Source: a bacterium (GTDB taxonomy: Bacteria > UBA8248 > JACPRG01 > G963555815). From it: a stretch of DNA of 64,000 nucleotides. The position numbers and the translations under genes were made by a program. How positions within the stretch are numbered: position 1 is the first letter of the stretch; the number at the start of each line of letters is the position of its first letter. The stretch lies in assembly GCA_965261595.1 (NCBI GenBank), contig CBDHDG010000002.1:96001-160000 (forward strand). Direction: 5' to 3'. The notes beneath the pieces are model-generated. The model searched no databases and had not been told where the DNA came from. It was given only the letters and a program-made list of their open reading frames with translations. Below, piece after piece: positions 9,731 through 19,945 of the stretch.

Positions 9731-10786
9731 GTGAAGACCATCAACCTGATGATTTCGAGGTTGCCCCTTCCGGCGGCGGGTCCGGCGCTGGACTTCGGGG
9801 ACATGGTTGCGGACGCGGGATATGTAGAGGAGGCGGAAGTCCTCGAGGAGCGAGGCGGGCCGCCTTTGTTTGTTCGTGGAAGCATCCTACTGACCTTTCT
9901 GATTGCGGGAGTCATTCTGTTGGCGGGAGGCGCGTACTACACGCTGATTCGGCCGTTGGACTTTTCCGGAACCCCGGTTCCGGCGCCGGTGAAGCGCGCG
10001 GGGGTTGGGCCGAAGGAGGGGGCGGTCTCCGTCCCCGCCGTTCGGCCGCCGGCCTCCCCCACCCCGGCCCGGCCCATGGCCCGGAAGATCGATGCGAGCC
10101 CTCCCCCCCCGACCCGACCCGTCTCGCCCGGCGCCAAGCGGGCCATCGGAAAGCCCGGCGCGTCCCCCCCTTCTTCGCCGAAGAAGCCTTCTCCCGGGGT
10201 CCCGGCGGCCGCGCTTGTGATGACCGGGACCGGCGAGAAGGAACGGAAATCTCCGGTTGGCGGGCCGCCGTCCGGTGAGCTGAAAAATGTGACCCCCGAT
10301 CCGACGATCAAGGCATCCATTGCGCCCGGGCCCGTTCCGGAAGCGGCGAAGCCCGCTCCGAAGACGGCGAAGGTCGTCCCGGCGCCGCCGCCCGAATCGG
10401 CCAAGTTGGTCGAAAAGCGGCCGAAGGCTGAAAAAGACAAGGTCCGTCCCCCCGCGAAGCGGAAGGCGCGTATGACGGCGAGTCCGGCGATGAAGGCGGA
10501 TCGGGTTGTCCGAAAGAAGGGGGGATCTTCCAAGCCCCCGCGCGTCGCGATGGCGGGAGGCGGCCGTTATAGCATTCAGGTTGGGGCGTGCAGAACGGCG
10601 AAATGCGTCGCGGGCCTGAGTCGGCGGCTCAAGGAGGCGGATCTCGAGCCCATGACCGCCAAGTCGAAGAGCGGAAAGCTGACCTATGTCCGGACGGGGA
10701 CCTATCCCACGTGGGCCGCGGTTATCGCGGAGTTGAAAAAAGTGAAACTAAGGGGGTTCAAGGATTCGTATGCCGTCAAGCGATAG
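9731..10786 (+). CDS. SPOR domain-containing membrane protein
   Basis: One TM segment, Pro/Lys/Ala-rich linker, C-terminal YSIQVGA...YVRTG. Confidence 0.75.
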   Translation: MKTINLMISRLPLPAAGPALDFGDMVADAGYVEEAEVLEERGGPPLFVRGSILLTFLIAGVILLAGGAYYTLIRPLDFSGTPVPAPVKRAGVGPKEGAVSVPAVRPPASPTPARPMARKIDASPPPPTRPVSPGAKRAIGKPGASPPSSPKKPSPGVPAAALVMTGTGEKERKSPVGGPPSGELKNVTPDPTIKASIAPGPVPEAAKPAPKTAKVVPAPPPESAKLVEKRPKAEKDKVRPPAKRKARMTASPAMKADRVVRKKGGSSKPPRVAMAGGGRYSIQVGACRTAKCVAGLSRRLKEADLEPMTAKSKSGKLTYVRTGTYPTWAAVIAELKKVKLRGFKDSYAVKR

Positions 10787-10799
10787 GAATCGGGCGCCA

Positions 10800-11240
10800 A
10801 TGAACCAGCCTGCGGAGAAGCCCAAAATCCCGGACAAGCTCTTTTTCAAGATCGGAGAAGTGGCTTCGATCGCGGATACGAAGCCCCATGTTCTTCGGTA
10901 TTGGGAAACCGAGTTCGGGATTCTCAGGCCCGTCAAAAACGCCTCGGGCCAGCGGGTGTATCGGAGACGGGACGTCGAAGTCGTTCTGGAGATCAAACGC
11001 CTGCTTCATCAGGAGCGGTTCACCATCGCGGGGGCCAAGAAGCGTCTCGGCGGACGCAGGAGCGTGAAGCCCGAGGTTTCGGCCGTGGAGGAAAAGCCGG
11101 TGCTGTCGCCGGCGCCGGATTCAACCGCCGGCTCGGCGGAGACCGAAAAAATCCAGGGGCTTCTGAGCGAGTTGGAAAAAGGCCTTCGAGAGATTCTGTC
11201 CGTTCTGGACGAAACTGACCGACAGCTTGAAGGGCGTTGA
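10800..11240 (+). CDS. MerR family transcriptional regulator
   Basis: FFKIGEVA...[10 protein letters not shown]...GQRVY...FTIAGAK. Confidence 0.9.
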   Translation: MNQPAEKPKIPDKLFFKIGEVASIADTKPHVLRYWETEFGILRPVKNASGQRVYRRRDVEVVLEIKRLLHQERFTIAGAKKRLGGRRSVKPEVSAVEEKPVLSPAPDSTAGSAETEKIQGLLSELEKGLREILSVLDETDRQLEGR

Positions 11241-11414
11241 GGCCATCCGGAGAATTCTCAGCCACGAAGGATCGCTGAGGGGGAGGGTCTTCGGCGGACG
11301 CGGGACCCCCGCGGGCCCGCCGTCGATCTGGATTCATCGGACCCTGTGCGGGTAGCGAGCGTGTAGTGTGCACCCGAAAACGGCGGGGCCGGATTCACGA
11401 AGGAGTTGTTCGGC

Positions 11415-13349
11415 ATGAGCGTTTTCCGGAAAATTATCCAAGAACACCTCCGCGAGGGGAAGATGGAGGCCGGTGAGGAGATCGGAATCGAGATCGACCA
11501 GGTGCTGATCCAGGACATCACCGGCACCGTCGTGATGCTCAATTTCGAGGCCATGGGCCTGCCCCGGGTCCGGTGCCGGGTGGCGGCCGCCTACGGCGAT
11601 CACAACGTTCTCCAAGTCGATAGCCGCAACACCGAAGACCACCTCTATCTGGCGAGCGCCGGGCGGAAGTACGGCATCTGGTGGGCGAAGCCCTCGAGCG
11701 GCATCGGTCATCAGATTCATCAGGAGCATTTCGCGATCCCCGGTGTGACGGCCTTGGGGGCGGATTCCCACACGCCCCATTGCGGGGGGATGGGCATGAT
11801 CGCCATCGGCGCGGGCGGTCTCGACGTGGCCGTCGCCCTGGCGGGCGGGTTGTATTTCGTGAAGATGCCCCAGGTGGTGAACGTCCACCTGAGCGGCGAG
11901 CTGCCCGCGTGGGGGACCGCCAAGGATGTCATTCTGGAAATGCTCCGAACACTGACCGTGCGGGGCGGCTTCGGCAAGGTGATGGAGTACACCGGACCCG
12001 GCGTGAAGAGCCTCAACGCCCAGCAGCGCTGCACCATCACGAACATGGGGGCCGAATTGGGCGCCTCGACGTCGATCTTCCCTTCCGATGAGGTCACGCG
12101 GGATTATCTCCGCCGCGTCGGCCGGGAAAAGGATTGGCGGGAGGTCCTGCCGGACGCGGACGCCGAATACGACGATCGGGTGGACCTCGACCTGGGCCGG
12201 ATCGAGCCCCTGGTGGCGCTGCCCAGTTTGCCGGACAAGGTGGTCCCTGTCACCGAGGCCGCCGGAATCCCGATCCAGCAGGTCTTCGTCGGAAGCTGCA
12301 CCAACGGGTCCTACATGGACATCAAGGCCGTCGCCCGGATCATGAAGGGCCGAAAGGTTCATCCCCAAGTGGACTTCTTCATTCACCCTTCGAGCAAAAA
12401 GGACCTGGAGCTGTTGTGCCGGGAGGGATACGTGACCGACCTGCTCGAAGCGGGCGTCAACGTGGCGGAGCCCACTTGCGGGGCCTGCATCGGCAGCGGC
12501 CACGTGCCGGCCTCCGGGACGAACTCGCTCCGCGTGGCCAACCGGAATTTTCAGGGCCGGAGCGGTTTGAAGGAAGACCAGGTGTACCTGTCGAGCGCCG
12601 AGGTGGGCGCGGCCACGGCGATCGCCGGGGTCATCGCCGACCCCCGGGACTTGGGGATCGAGGCCCCGGGCCAGGATCTCCCGGACCGGTTGACGCAGGA
12701 CAACCCCAACCTGGTCGCCCCCGCCTCGGAGGAGGAGGCGAAGGGCCTTGAGGTGATCCGGGGGCCCAACATCCGGCCGGTTCCCGCCAAAGACCGGTTG
12801 GAGGACACGATCTCCGGCGAAGTCCTTCTCAAGGTCGGCGACGACATCACCACCGATCACATCATGCCCGCCGCGTCGAACATCCTGATCTTCCGCTCCA
12901 ACATCCCCAAGCTCGCCGAGTTCGTGTACCACCGGGTGGACCCGACCTTCGCCGAGCGCGCCAAGGCCAAGGGGACCGGGTTCATCGTGGGCGGCCTGAA
13001 CTACGGGCAGGGAAGCTCCCGGGAGCACGCGGCCCTGGCGCCGATGTTCCTGGGCGTCCGCGCGGTGATCGCGAAATCGTTCGCCCGAATCCATATGGCC
13101 AACCTCATCAACTGGGGGTTGATCCCCTTGCAGTTCGTCGAGGCGGAGGATTTTGACCACATCGAGCAGGGCGACGAGCTGGAGCTGAACGGCGTCCTGG
13201 ATTTCGTGAAAGACCGGGAGTCCATCGAGCTGCTCAACAAGACGAAGAACACCCAGTACCAAGTGCGGTTGGTCGCCACGCCCAGAGAGCGCCGCGTCCT
13301 CACCGCCGGCGGCAGGCTCACCGAGGCGAAGACCATGGGGAAGAATTAA
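11415..13349 (+). CDS. Aconitate hydratase (short aconitase family)
   Basis: GADSHT, GSCTN, CGACIG, NRNFQGRSG, ITTDHIMP, NYGQGSSREHA; AAGGAG RBS. Confidence 0.9.
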   Translation: MSVFRKIIQEHLREGKMEAGEEIGIEIDQVLIQDITGTVVMLNFEAMGLPRVRCRVAAAYGDHNVLQVDSRNTEDHLYLASAGRKYGIWWAKPSSGIGHQIHQEHFAIPGVTALGADSHTPHCGGMGMIAIGAGGLDVAVALAGGLYFVKMPQVVNVHLSGELPAWGTAKDVILEMLRTLTVRGGFGKVMEYTGPGVKSLNAQQRCTITNMGAELGASTSIFPSDEVTRDYLRRVGREKDWREVLPDADAEYDDRVDLDLGRIEPLVALPSLPDKVVPVTEAAGIPIQQVFVGSCTNGSYMDIKAVARIMKGRKVHPQVDFFIHPSSKKDLELLCREGYVTDLLEAGVNVAEPTCGACIGSGHVPASGTNSLRVANRNFQGRSGLKEDQVYLSSAEVGAATAIAGVIADPRDLGIEAPGQDLPDRLTQDNPNLVAPASEEEAKGLEVIRGPNIRPVPAKDRLEDTISGEVLLKVGDDITTDHIMPAASNILIFRSNIPKLAEFVYHRVDPTFAERAKAKGTGFIVGGLNYGQGSSREHAALAPMFLGVRAVIAKSFARIHMANLINWGLIPLQFVEAEDFDHIEQGDELELNGVLDFVKDRESIELLNKTKNTQYQVRLVATPRERRVLTAGGRLTEAKTMGKN

Positions 13350-13370
13350 AAACCGGGAAGCTCGATCTTG

Positions 13371-13401
13371 GGGCCGTCCGATGGGGGCGGCCCGTCTTTT
13401 T
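13371..13401 (+). terminator. Possible intrinsic terminator
   Basis: GGGCCGTCC-GATGG-GGGCGGCCC followed by GTCTTTTT. Confidence 0.45.
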
Positions 13402-13465
13402 CGGACGAGGTCCGGCCGCGCCGGGTCCGTGACCGGCCTCGGCCGGCCAATCAGGGAGTGGGTTT

Positions 13466-14857
13466 ATGGAGTACAGGGTGGAGAAGGACTCGATGGGCGA
13501 GATGCGGGTGCCCGTGGATTCGCTCTTTGGGGCGTCCACGCAACGCGCCGTGTTGAATTTTCCGGTGAGCGACAAGCGCTTTTCCCGGGTCTTCCTCGAA
13601 GCCCTGGGCGCGGTGAAGGCGGCGTCGGCGTCGGCCAACATGAAGCTGGGGAAGCTTGATCCCGCGCTGGGCGAGCCTGTCCGCAAGGCGGCCCTGGCCG
13701 TCCGGGACGGCGAGTATGACGCCCACTTCGTTGTGGACATCTACCAGACCGGATCGGGCACCTCGACCAACACCAACGCGAATGAGGTGATCGCCAACGT
13801 GGCCAACGTCGGACTCGGCGAGCCCATCGGCAAGAAGTCGCCTGTGCATCCGAACGATCATGTGAACATGGGGCAGTCGAGCAACGACGTGATTCCGACG
13901 GCCATACACGTCTCGGCGGTCCTGGATGTCGAGCGGAGTCTGCTGCCGGCCCTGGACGCCCTGGAGGAAGCCCTGTCGAAAAAGGCCGAAGCCTTCCGGG
14001 ATGTGGTCAAAACGGGACGGACCCACCTCCAGGACGCGACGCCCGTGACGCTGGGACAGGAGTTTTCCGGATACGCCGTCCAGATCAAGAACTGCCGGGG
14101 GCGGATCGGGCGGAGTCTGGAGAACCTGAAAGAGCTGGCCATCGGCGGCACGGCCGTGGGGACCGGAATCAACACGCATCCGAAATTCGCGGGGCTTGTC
14201 TGCGCGGACCTGAGCAAGCAGTTCGGGACCGATTTCCGCGAGGCCCCCAATCACTTCGAGTCGCTGGCGGCGAAAGACACCTGCGTCGAGGCGAGCGGGA
14301 CGCTCAAGGTGCTGGCCGTCGCCCTGACCAAGATCGCCAACGACATCCGCTGGCTCTCCTCGGGGCCGCGGACGGGTCTGGGCGAGATCGCGATCCCGGA
14401 GACCCAGCCCGGATCGTCCATCATGCCCGGCAAGATCAATCCGGTCATCGCCGAGTCGGTCTTGCAGGTGGCCGCGCAGGTGATGGGAAACGACGTGACC
14501 ATCGGGGTGGGCGGGGCGTCGGGCAACTTCGAGCTCAATGTGATGATGCCGGTGATCGCTTTCAATCTCCTCGACTCCACCCGCCTCCTGGCGAACGTGT
14601 GCGGGATCTTCAAAGAGAAATGCATCGACGGCATCGAGGCCAACGCGGAGCGCGCGGCCGAGACCATCGAGCGCGGGCTGTCGCTTGTCACCGCCTTCGC
14701 GCCCGTGATCGGGTACGACAAGGCGGGGGCGCTCTCTCAGCAGGCCTTCCGGGAGAACAAGACCATCCGGGAGCTGGCCAAAGAGCAGAAGCTGTTCTCC
14801 GATGAGGAGCTCGACCGGCTGCTCGACCCCCGGTCCATGCTTCATCCGGAGGAGTAA
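13466..14857 (+). CDS. fumC: Class II fumarate hydratase
   Basis: QTGSGTSTN, HPNDHVN, GRTHLQDATP, GSSIMPGKINP. Confidence 0.95.
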   Translation: MEYRVEKDSMGEMRVPVDSLFGASTQRAVLNFPVSDKRFSRVFLEALGAVKAASASANMKLGKLDPALGEPVRKAALAVRDGEYDAHFVVDIYQTGSGTSTNTNANEVIANVANVGLGEPIGKKSPVHPNDHVNMGQSSNDVIPTAIHVSAVLDVERSLLPALDALEEALSKKAEAFRDVVKTGRTHLQDATPVTLGQEFSGYAVQIKNCRGRIGRSLENLKELAIGGTAVGTGINTHPKFAGLVCADLSKQFGTDFREAPNHFESLAAKDTCVEASGTLKVLAVALTKIANDIRWLSSGPRTGLGEIAIPETQPGSSIMPGKINPVIAESVLQVAAQVMGNDVTIGVGGASGNFELNVMMPVIAFNLLDSTRLLANVCGIFKEKCIDGIEANAERAAETIERGLSLVTAFAPVIGYDKAGALSQQAFRENKTIRELAKEQKLFSDEELDRLLDPRSMLHPEE

Positions 14858-14905
14858 GGGCCGCCCTCCATCCGGGAGATCGCGATTCCGCCGGAGGAGA
14901 CATCC

Positions 14906-15751
14906 GTGGAACAGGTGAGCGCCAACGTTTTCATCGACGCGACGACCTCGGGCCTGTGCACCGTCGGCGCTGTCCGGACGCCGGAGGGAGTCGTCCTGAT
15001 CTATTCGCCCAACCAGCCGACCCGCGCGGTGAGATGGCGGGGGGAGGTGGAAAGTCTGGGCGAGGTCCGCTACCTGATCAACACCGAATTTCACATCGAC
15101 CACATCTTCGGCAACGCGTTTCTTCCGGGGACCGTGATTGCGCACCGGAAGACGAAAGAGTTGTTCTACACGGACTCGGTGATCGGCCCCAGCCCCATGA
15201 AGGAACCCGAGCCCTACGTGCGGAAGATCGATCCCGAAGGTCTCGGTCTCACGGCGGATTACCGGGCCCGCGGACCGGAGGTCGCCTTCGACGGCCGCCT
15301 CACGCTCAACCTGGGAGGCGTGACCGTCGAGGCCTTCGTGGCGCCCGGCCACGTCCCGTTCCAGCTGGCCGTCCATGTGCCGGGGGAAAAGGTCCTGTTC
15401 GTCAGCGACAACGTTTTCAACGGTGTGATGACGTGGTACCACGATTCCGTCCCGTTCGAATGGCTCGAATCGCTGGACCGCTTCCGGCGGATGGACGTCG
15501 AGGTTGTCGTCCCGGGGCACGGACCGGCTTCCGGGCCGGAGGTGTTCGACGAGATGAAGGAGACCGTCGGCGAGGCCATCGGCCGCGTCCAGTCGGCCAT
15601 CGATTCCGGGATGAGCCGGGAGGAGGCGGGGGACCGGATCTCCTTCCTGGATCGCGTGCCTGTCACCGAGGGGTTCCGGTCCGCCGCGGACAGGCTCCAG
15701 CGGCTCTTCGTCGAGCGGATATACGACCAGATCATGGACCGGAGCGCCTGA
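14906..15751 (+). CDS. MBL-fold metallo-hydrolase
   Basis: NTEFHIDHIFGN (HxHxDH variant), PGH, SD, VPGHG. Confidence 0.8.
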   Translation: MEQVSANVFIDATTSGLCTVGAVRTPEGVVLIYSPNQPTRAVRWRGEVESLGEVRYLINTEFHIDHIFGNAFLPGTVIAHRKTKELFYTDSVIGPSPMKEPEPYVRKIDPEGLGLTADYRARGPEVAFDGRLTLNLGGVTVEAFVAPGHVPFQLAVHVPGEKVLFVSDNVFNGVMTWYHDSVPFEWLESLDRFRRMDVEVVVPGHGPASGPEVFDEMKETVGEAIGRVQSAIDSGMSREEAGDRISFLDRVPVTEGFRSAADRLQRLFVERIYDQIMDRSA

Positions 15752-15819
15752 GGGACGGGCGAATTCCGCCGTCCGGAGCGCGGCATCCGAACCGGGGATC
15801 GATCCCCAAGGAGACAGCA

Positions 15820-16506
15820 ATGAGCGATCTTCCCAATATCGACATTTATCACGAATATCACTGACCGTGGGCTTACATGGCCTCGGCGAGGCTGAAGGCG
15901 ATCTTCCCTGAGTTCAAGGACCGGCTCACCATCCACTGGCGGGCGTTTCCACTGGATGTGATCAACGGCCGGCCCCTTCCCCGTCACATCGTGGACCAGG
16001 AGTGGCCGCACGTCGCCAACGAGGAGCCCCTGTGCGCGTTTCGCCCGTGGGACAACATCGGCTTCCCCGATACGAGCATTTTGGCTTACGAGATATACGA
16101 TTGCGCTTATGCCCAGGACCCAGTGAAGGCCTTCGACCTCGATTACCGGATCCGGCGGGCGTTTTATTACGAAAGCCGGTGGATCCATCTCCGGAATACG
16201 CTGCTGGAGATCGGCGGCGAGGCGGGCCTCGAGATGGACCGGCTGACCGAAAACTTCGACACCGGCCGTTACAAGGCCCGGGTGATGCTCGACTGCAAGG
16301 AGGCCCTGCGGAAGCGCGATGAAGAAGGCAAGTCGATGACGAGCCCGACCCTCATCCTGCCCAACGGCGAGTTCTACTACAACCCCTTCGCGACCGAGAA
16401 GACCTTCAACGAAGACAAGGTGATGATCGTTCTCAAGCAGCCCGAAAAGACGGGAGAGGACGCATTGGAGGGGTACCGGGAGATCCTGCGGGGGGTGTTG
16501 GGATAG
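15820..16506 (+). CDS. DsbA/FrnE-like thioredoxin-fold protein, predicted selenoprotein (Sec15, TGA 15862-15864)
   Basis: AAGGAG RBS and ATG 15820; IDIYHEYH-U-PWAY at the CPW position; in frame with ORF 15877-16506; cis-Pro-like TSPT; SECIS-like hairpin. Confidence 0.85.
15870..15899 (+). promoter_or_regulatory. SECIS-like hairpin
   Basis: GGCCTC-GGC-GAGGCT upper stem-loop, loop 20 nt after the UGA; CTT/AAG lower stem. Confidence 0.65.
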
Positions 16507-16560
16507 AGTCAGTATGGACCGCCCCTGGGTTATTGGACACTCGGGTGAGGGTATTCGACC

Positions 16561-17469
16561 TCATGCGGCCTCCGCAACTTGAGCGAGTTTTTCCTGCCTT
16601 GCCTGGGCCGGCGTTCGGTAGCCGTAGCCCTCGAGAATCCAATGATGGTTGTACAGGTTCTTGAACTCAAGCAGCGCCCACCGCAGTTCCTCTACGGTGG
16701 CGAAAGAGCGCACCCACAGGAGATTCTCCTTCAAGATGCGGATAAACCACTCACAGTAGCCATTTCCCTCGGGCGCCCGCACGAAGCTGGGCGAACTGGT
16801 CATGCCCAGGTAGGCGATCTCCCGCTGAAAGTCATCGGACAGATAGGCGGGGCCGTGGTCGTGACGAACTTTAAGCCCCTCGGCGACGTCCGCCTCCAAG
16901 CCGGCGAAGCGCTCGGCGACCCCCTGCCGGATCGGCTCCAGGGCCTCGAAGCGGTTGCCGCTCTTGGCCGCATGGATCCCCACGCAGTCCACCGAGCAGT
17001 GATCCACCGCCACGAACACCGAGGCCATCCCCTCCTCGGTGGTCACCGTCGTCGTCATGTCCGTGCCCCACATTCGGTCGGGCCGCTCGGTGCGGATGGT
17101 CCCGTTGTGGGCCTTGGGACCTCGGGGTTTGCCCACCCGGTGGGGGGCCTGAAGCCCCGCCTCCCGCATCAGGCGACGCACCCGCTCCTTGCTGGTGCGG
17201 ATGCCCGCGAAGCGCAGCCTCGCCCACACCTTGCGGTAGCCCTCGCCATGGAAGGGAGAGTCCTCCAGGACCTGCCGGATGTGGCCGAGGAGTTCCGCAT
17301 CGGTGCACGGGCCCACAGGGCCGCGCTTATTGGGCGTGGGGCGTTCATGAACGGGGACCGCCTCTCGCCGCCGTTGCGCGTAGACCGTGGAGCGCGCCAA
17401 GCCCCAAAGGGCGCACACCCGCTTCAGGCCGTAGGCTCTGCCCGTGGAGGTGAAGCGGGCCTGACTCAT
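16561..17469 (-). CDS. IS3-family transposase OrfB (DDE)
   Basis: GYRKVW, WGTDMT, VRHDHG, GNGYCE. Confidence 0.9.
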   Translation of the reverse strand: MSQARFTSTGRAYGLKRVCALWGLARSTVYAQRRREAVPVHERPTPNKRGPVGPCTDAELLGHIRQVLEDSPFHGEGYRKVWARLRFAGIRTSKERVRRLMREAGLQAPHRVGKPRGPKAHNGTIRTERPDRMWGTDMTTTVTTEEGMASVFVAVDHCSVDCVGIHAAKSGNRFEALEPIRQGVAERFAGLEADVAEGLKVRHDHGPAYLSDDFQREIAYLGMTSSPSFVRAPEGNGYCEWFIRILKENLLWVRSFATVEELRWALLEFKNLYNHHWILEGYGYRTPAQARQEKLAQVAEAA

Positions 17470-17852
17470 CGCCTCCACCTCCTGCCGGCTAAAGGGCGGC
17501 CGGCCTCCAGGCGGTCGATCTTCTCCCGCAGGACCTCGCCCTCCATCGTGAGTTCGCCCACCTTGGCCTTGAGCCGGGCGTTCTCCTCGTCCCGCTCATC
17601 CGCCGGGCGGGCTTTGAGCGCCGCCTCGCCCCCGCGAAGGAACGCCTCGCGCCAGGCGGAAAGCCGAGCCGCTGTCGTGCCCAACTCGCGGCAGAGCGTC
17701 TCCAGGCTCTCGCCCCGCAAAAGACGCAGGACCGCCTCCCGCTTGCGCTGGCAGGAGAACCGACCCCGCTCACTGCGATGCCCTGGGGCCTTGGCTCCGT
17801 TCGCCCTGCGGGCGCCCTCCGCCAAAGCCCCCTCTTGCTTTTGTTCGTTCAT
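17466..17852 (-). CDS. IS3-family transposase OrfA (HTH + leucine zipper)
   Basis: KREAVLRLLRGESLETLCRELG; ENARLKAKVGELTME; ATGA overlap with orfB. Confidence 0.85.
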   Translation of the reverse strand: MNEQKQEGALAEGARRANGAKAPGHRSERGRFSCQRKREAVLRLLRGESLETLCRELGTTAARLSAWREAFLRGGEAALKARPADERDEENARLKAKVGELTMEGEVLREKIDRLEAGRPLAGRRWRR

Positions 17853-18034
17853 CGCGACACCCCTTTCTCCATGAATCATGGATCAATCGAGTGTCCAACA
17901 AAACCCTAGAGCGGGGGAAGTAGACCGATGGCGCCCGGGCCTCGGGAGGCTTCAGGCTCTCCGGCGGCAAATAGGATGCGCAAAGGCCGTATAATGATTG
18001 ACCTCTGGAGACGGAAGCCCGGGGGTGAGATTGC

Positions 18035-19180
18035 ATGAGAATTCTTAGGCTGAAATTGGAGAATTGGCGGAACTTCACGAAGGTAGATGTTCGTCTACAG
18101 CAACGTGTTTTTATCGCGGGGCCGAACGCCTCGGGTAAGTCGAATTTTCTTGACGCCCTACGTTTCCTCCAAGACATCTCTACCACTGGCGGGGGACTGC
18201 AAAATGCGGTGCAAGATCGGGGCGGGGTTTCTAAAATTCGATGTTTGGCGGCCCGGAGGCATCCAGACGTTGTGATCGAAATTGAGTTGGGTGTTGATCC
18301 TGAGAATCCGGAATGGACTTACAGGATCGCGTTTAAGCAGGACAATCAACGCCGTCCCATTTTGAAAAAAGAGCTTGTTCTCCGCAACGGAAATATGGTT
18401 CTTGAAAGGCCGGACAGTAAAGATCAGGATGACGCAGAGCGACTCACGCAAACCCATCTGGAGCAAGTCAGCGCCAATTTCGATTTCAGGGAAGTTGCGG
18501 ATTTCTTCGGTTCCGTGAGGTATCTTCACGTTATCCCACATCTGATACGTGATTCTGAGTTGCATCCTCCAAGGAAAGACAAAGCAAGAGATCCCTTCGG
18601 GGGTGATTTCCTGGAGCGGATTGCTCGGACCCCAGTAAGGACTCGGGAGTCTCGCCTGGAAAAAATGCGACAGGCGTTGACGATTGCTGTTCCCCAGTTG
18701 AAAGAACTGCAGCTCGAACGTGATAAGTATGACGGAACGCCCCACCTTTCCGGACGGTCAGAACACTGGCGCCCCAAAGCCGGCTGGCAAAGGGAAGACC
18801 AATTTTCTGATGGAACCTTACGTTTGATGGGTTTACTTTGGGCCGTTCTGGACGGTTCTGGCCCGCTTCTCCTTGAGGAGCCGGAACTTTCTCTACATCC
18901 TGAAGTCGTTCGCTTCATTCCCCTAATGTTGTGGCGTGTCAGCCGGAGAAAGCAGCGTCAGATCTTCATCTCGACACATTCACCGGATTTACTTGGAGAC
19001 AAAGGCATCGCGCCCGATGAAACATTGCTGCTCCACCCCTCAGGAGAAGGCACTCAAGTGGAGTTGGCAAGAAACAATCAAGCAATCACGGCATTGTTGG
19101 AAGAAAGATTATCCATAGCGGATGCCGTGCTTCCAGCAGTGGCGCCAAAGCGCGCCGATCAGTTGGCTCTTTTTGATTAA
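18035..19180 (+). CDS. ABC-type AAA ATPase (AAA_15/AAA_21-like)
   Basis: Walker A GPNASGKS, signature FSDG, Walker B LLLEEPE, STHS; no TM segment; visibly lower GC. Confidence 0.88.
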   Translation: MRILRLKLENWRNFTKVDVRLQQRVFIAGPNASGKSNFLDALRFLQDISTTGGGLQNAVQDRGGVSKIRCLAARRHPDVVIEIELGVDPENPEWTYRIAFKQDNQRRPILKKELVLRNGNMVLERPDSKDQDDAERLTQTHLEQVSANFDFREVADFFGSVRYLHVIPHLIRDSELHPPRKDKARDPFGGDFLERIARTPVRTRESRLEKMRQALTIAVPQLKELQLERDKYDGTPHLSGRSEHWRPKAGWQREDQFSDGTLRLMGLLWAVLDGSGPLLLEEPELSLHPEVVRFIPLMLWRVSRRKQRQIFISTHSPDLLGDKGIAPDETLLLHPSGEGTQVELARNNQAITALLEERLSIADAVLPAVAPKRADQLALFD

Positions 19181-19184
19181 TTTG

Positions 19185-19781
19185 ATGAACCTAGGGATTA
19201 ACGTGGCGACTGAGGGATATCCGGACGAAATCGCCGTTCGTTCTCTTTGTCGCACCGTAGGCCTTGGGATCGCAACAATTTATAACTTGCGCGGGAAGTC
19301 CACGTTGGACAAAAACCTGCGCGGTTACAACAATGCGGCGAAAAGTTGGTACTGGTTCGTCCTGCGGGACCTGGACCATGACGCCGAGTGCGGCGCCGCG
19401 TTGCGTCACCAATTAATTCCCTCACCGTCGCAATTCATGCATCTACGGATCGTGGTCCGAGAAATCGAGTCTTGGCTATTGGCGGATTCGGCGAGGTTCG
19501 CGCAATTTCTCGGCGTGGCTCGGTCGAAGTTTCCTGAGGATCCCGAATCGTTGGATTATCCGAAGCGGGAATTCATTCGTTTGGCCTCTGGTTCCTCTAA
19601 ACGGAATATTCGTGATGATATGGTTCCTCGCCCCGGGAGCGGCGCCGCACAAGGTCCAGGTTATGGGGCGCGTCTTGCGGAATTTATCGAAAGTCACTGG
19701 AGACCGGACGTGGCGGCGCAGTCGTCCGACAGCCTAAGACGCTGTCTGGGAAGGCTGACGGAATGGGTCGCTGATGTTTGA
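19185..19781 (+). CDS. TOPRIM-like protein (DUF4276-like)
   Basis: VATEG..DE, VLRDLD, REIESWLLAD; starts 4 nt after the ATPase stop. Confidence 0.65.
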   Translation: MNLGINVATEGYPDEIAVRSLCRTVGLGIATIYNLRGKSTLDKNLRGYNNAAKSWYWFVLRDLDHDAECGAALRHQLIPSPSQFMHLRIVVREIESWLLADSARFAQFLGVARSKFPEDPESLDYPKREFIRLASGSSKRNIRDDMVPRPGSGAAQGPGYGARLAEFIESHWRPDVAAQSSDSLRRCLGRLTEWVADV

Positions 19782-19945
19782 TGAAGATGTAAGGTCAACT
19801 AAAAGATTCGATCTATGAAGTGAACTACTTGCGGAAGGGGGCGACCCTGAGGGACCGGCCCCCTGCGCGAAATGAAAGATTTCGAAGGGGTTTGGGGGAC
19901 AGACCCAACCGGGTCGGGTTTTCAAATATCCCTCAAGAACTTTTC

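Larger units (their letters stand above)
16515..17918 (-). mobile_element. IS3-family insertion sequence, copy A (1404 bp)
   Basis: orfA/orfB, imperfect terminal IRs sharing TTGGACACT, 4-bp target duplication AGTA (16511-14 and 17919-22); near identical to 33412-34815. Confidence 0.93.

Noticed and set aside
11334..15820. Long antisense ORFs (e.g. 11334-13262, 13451-15820, also 50189-51994)
   Set aside because: Shadow ORFs opposite well-supported genes, expected at high GC; no recognisable motifs.
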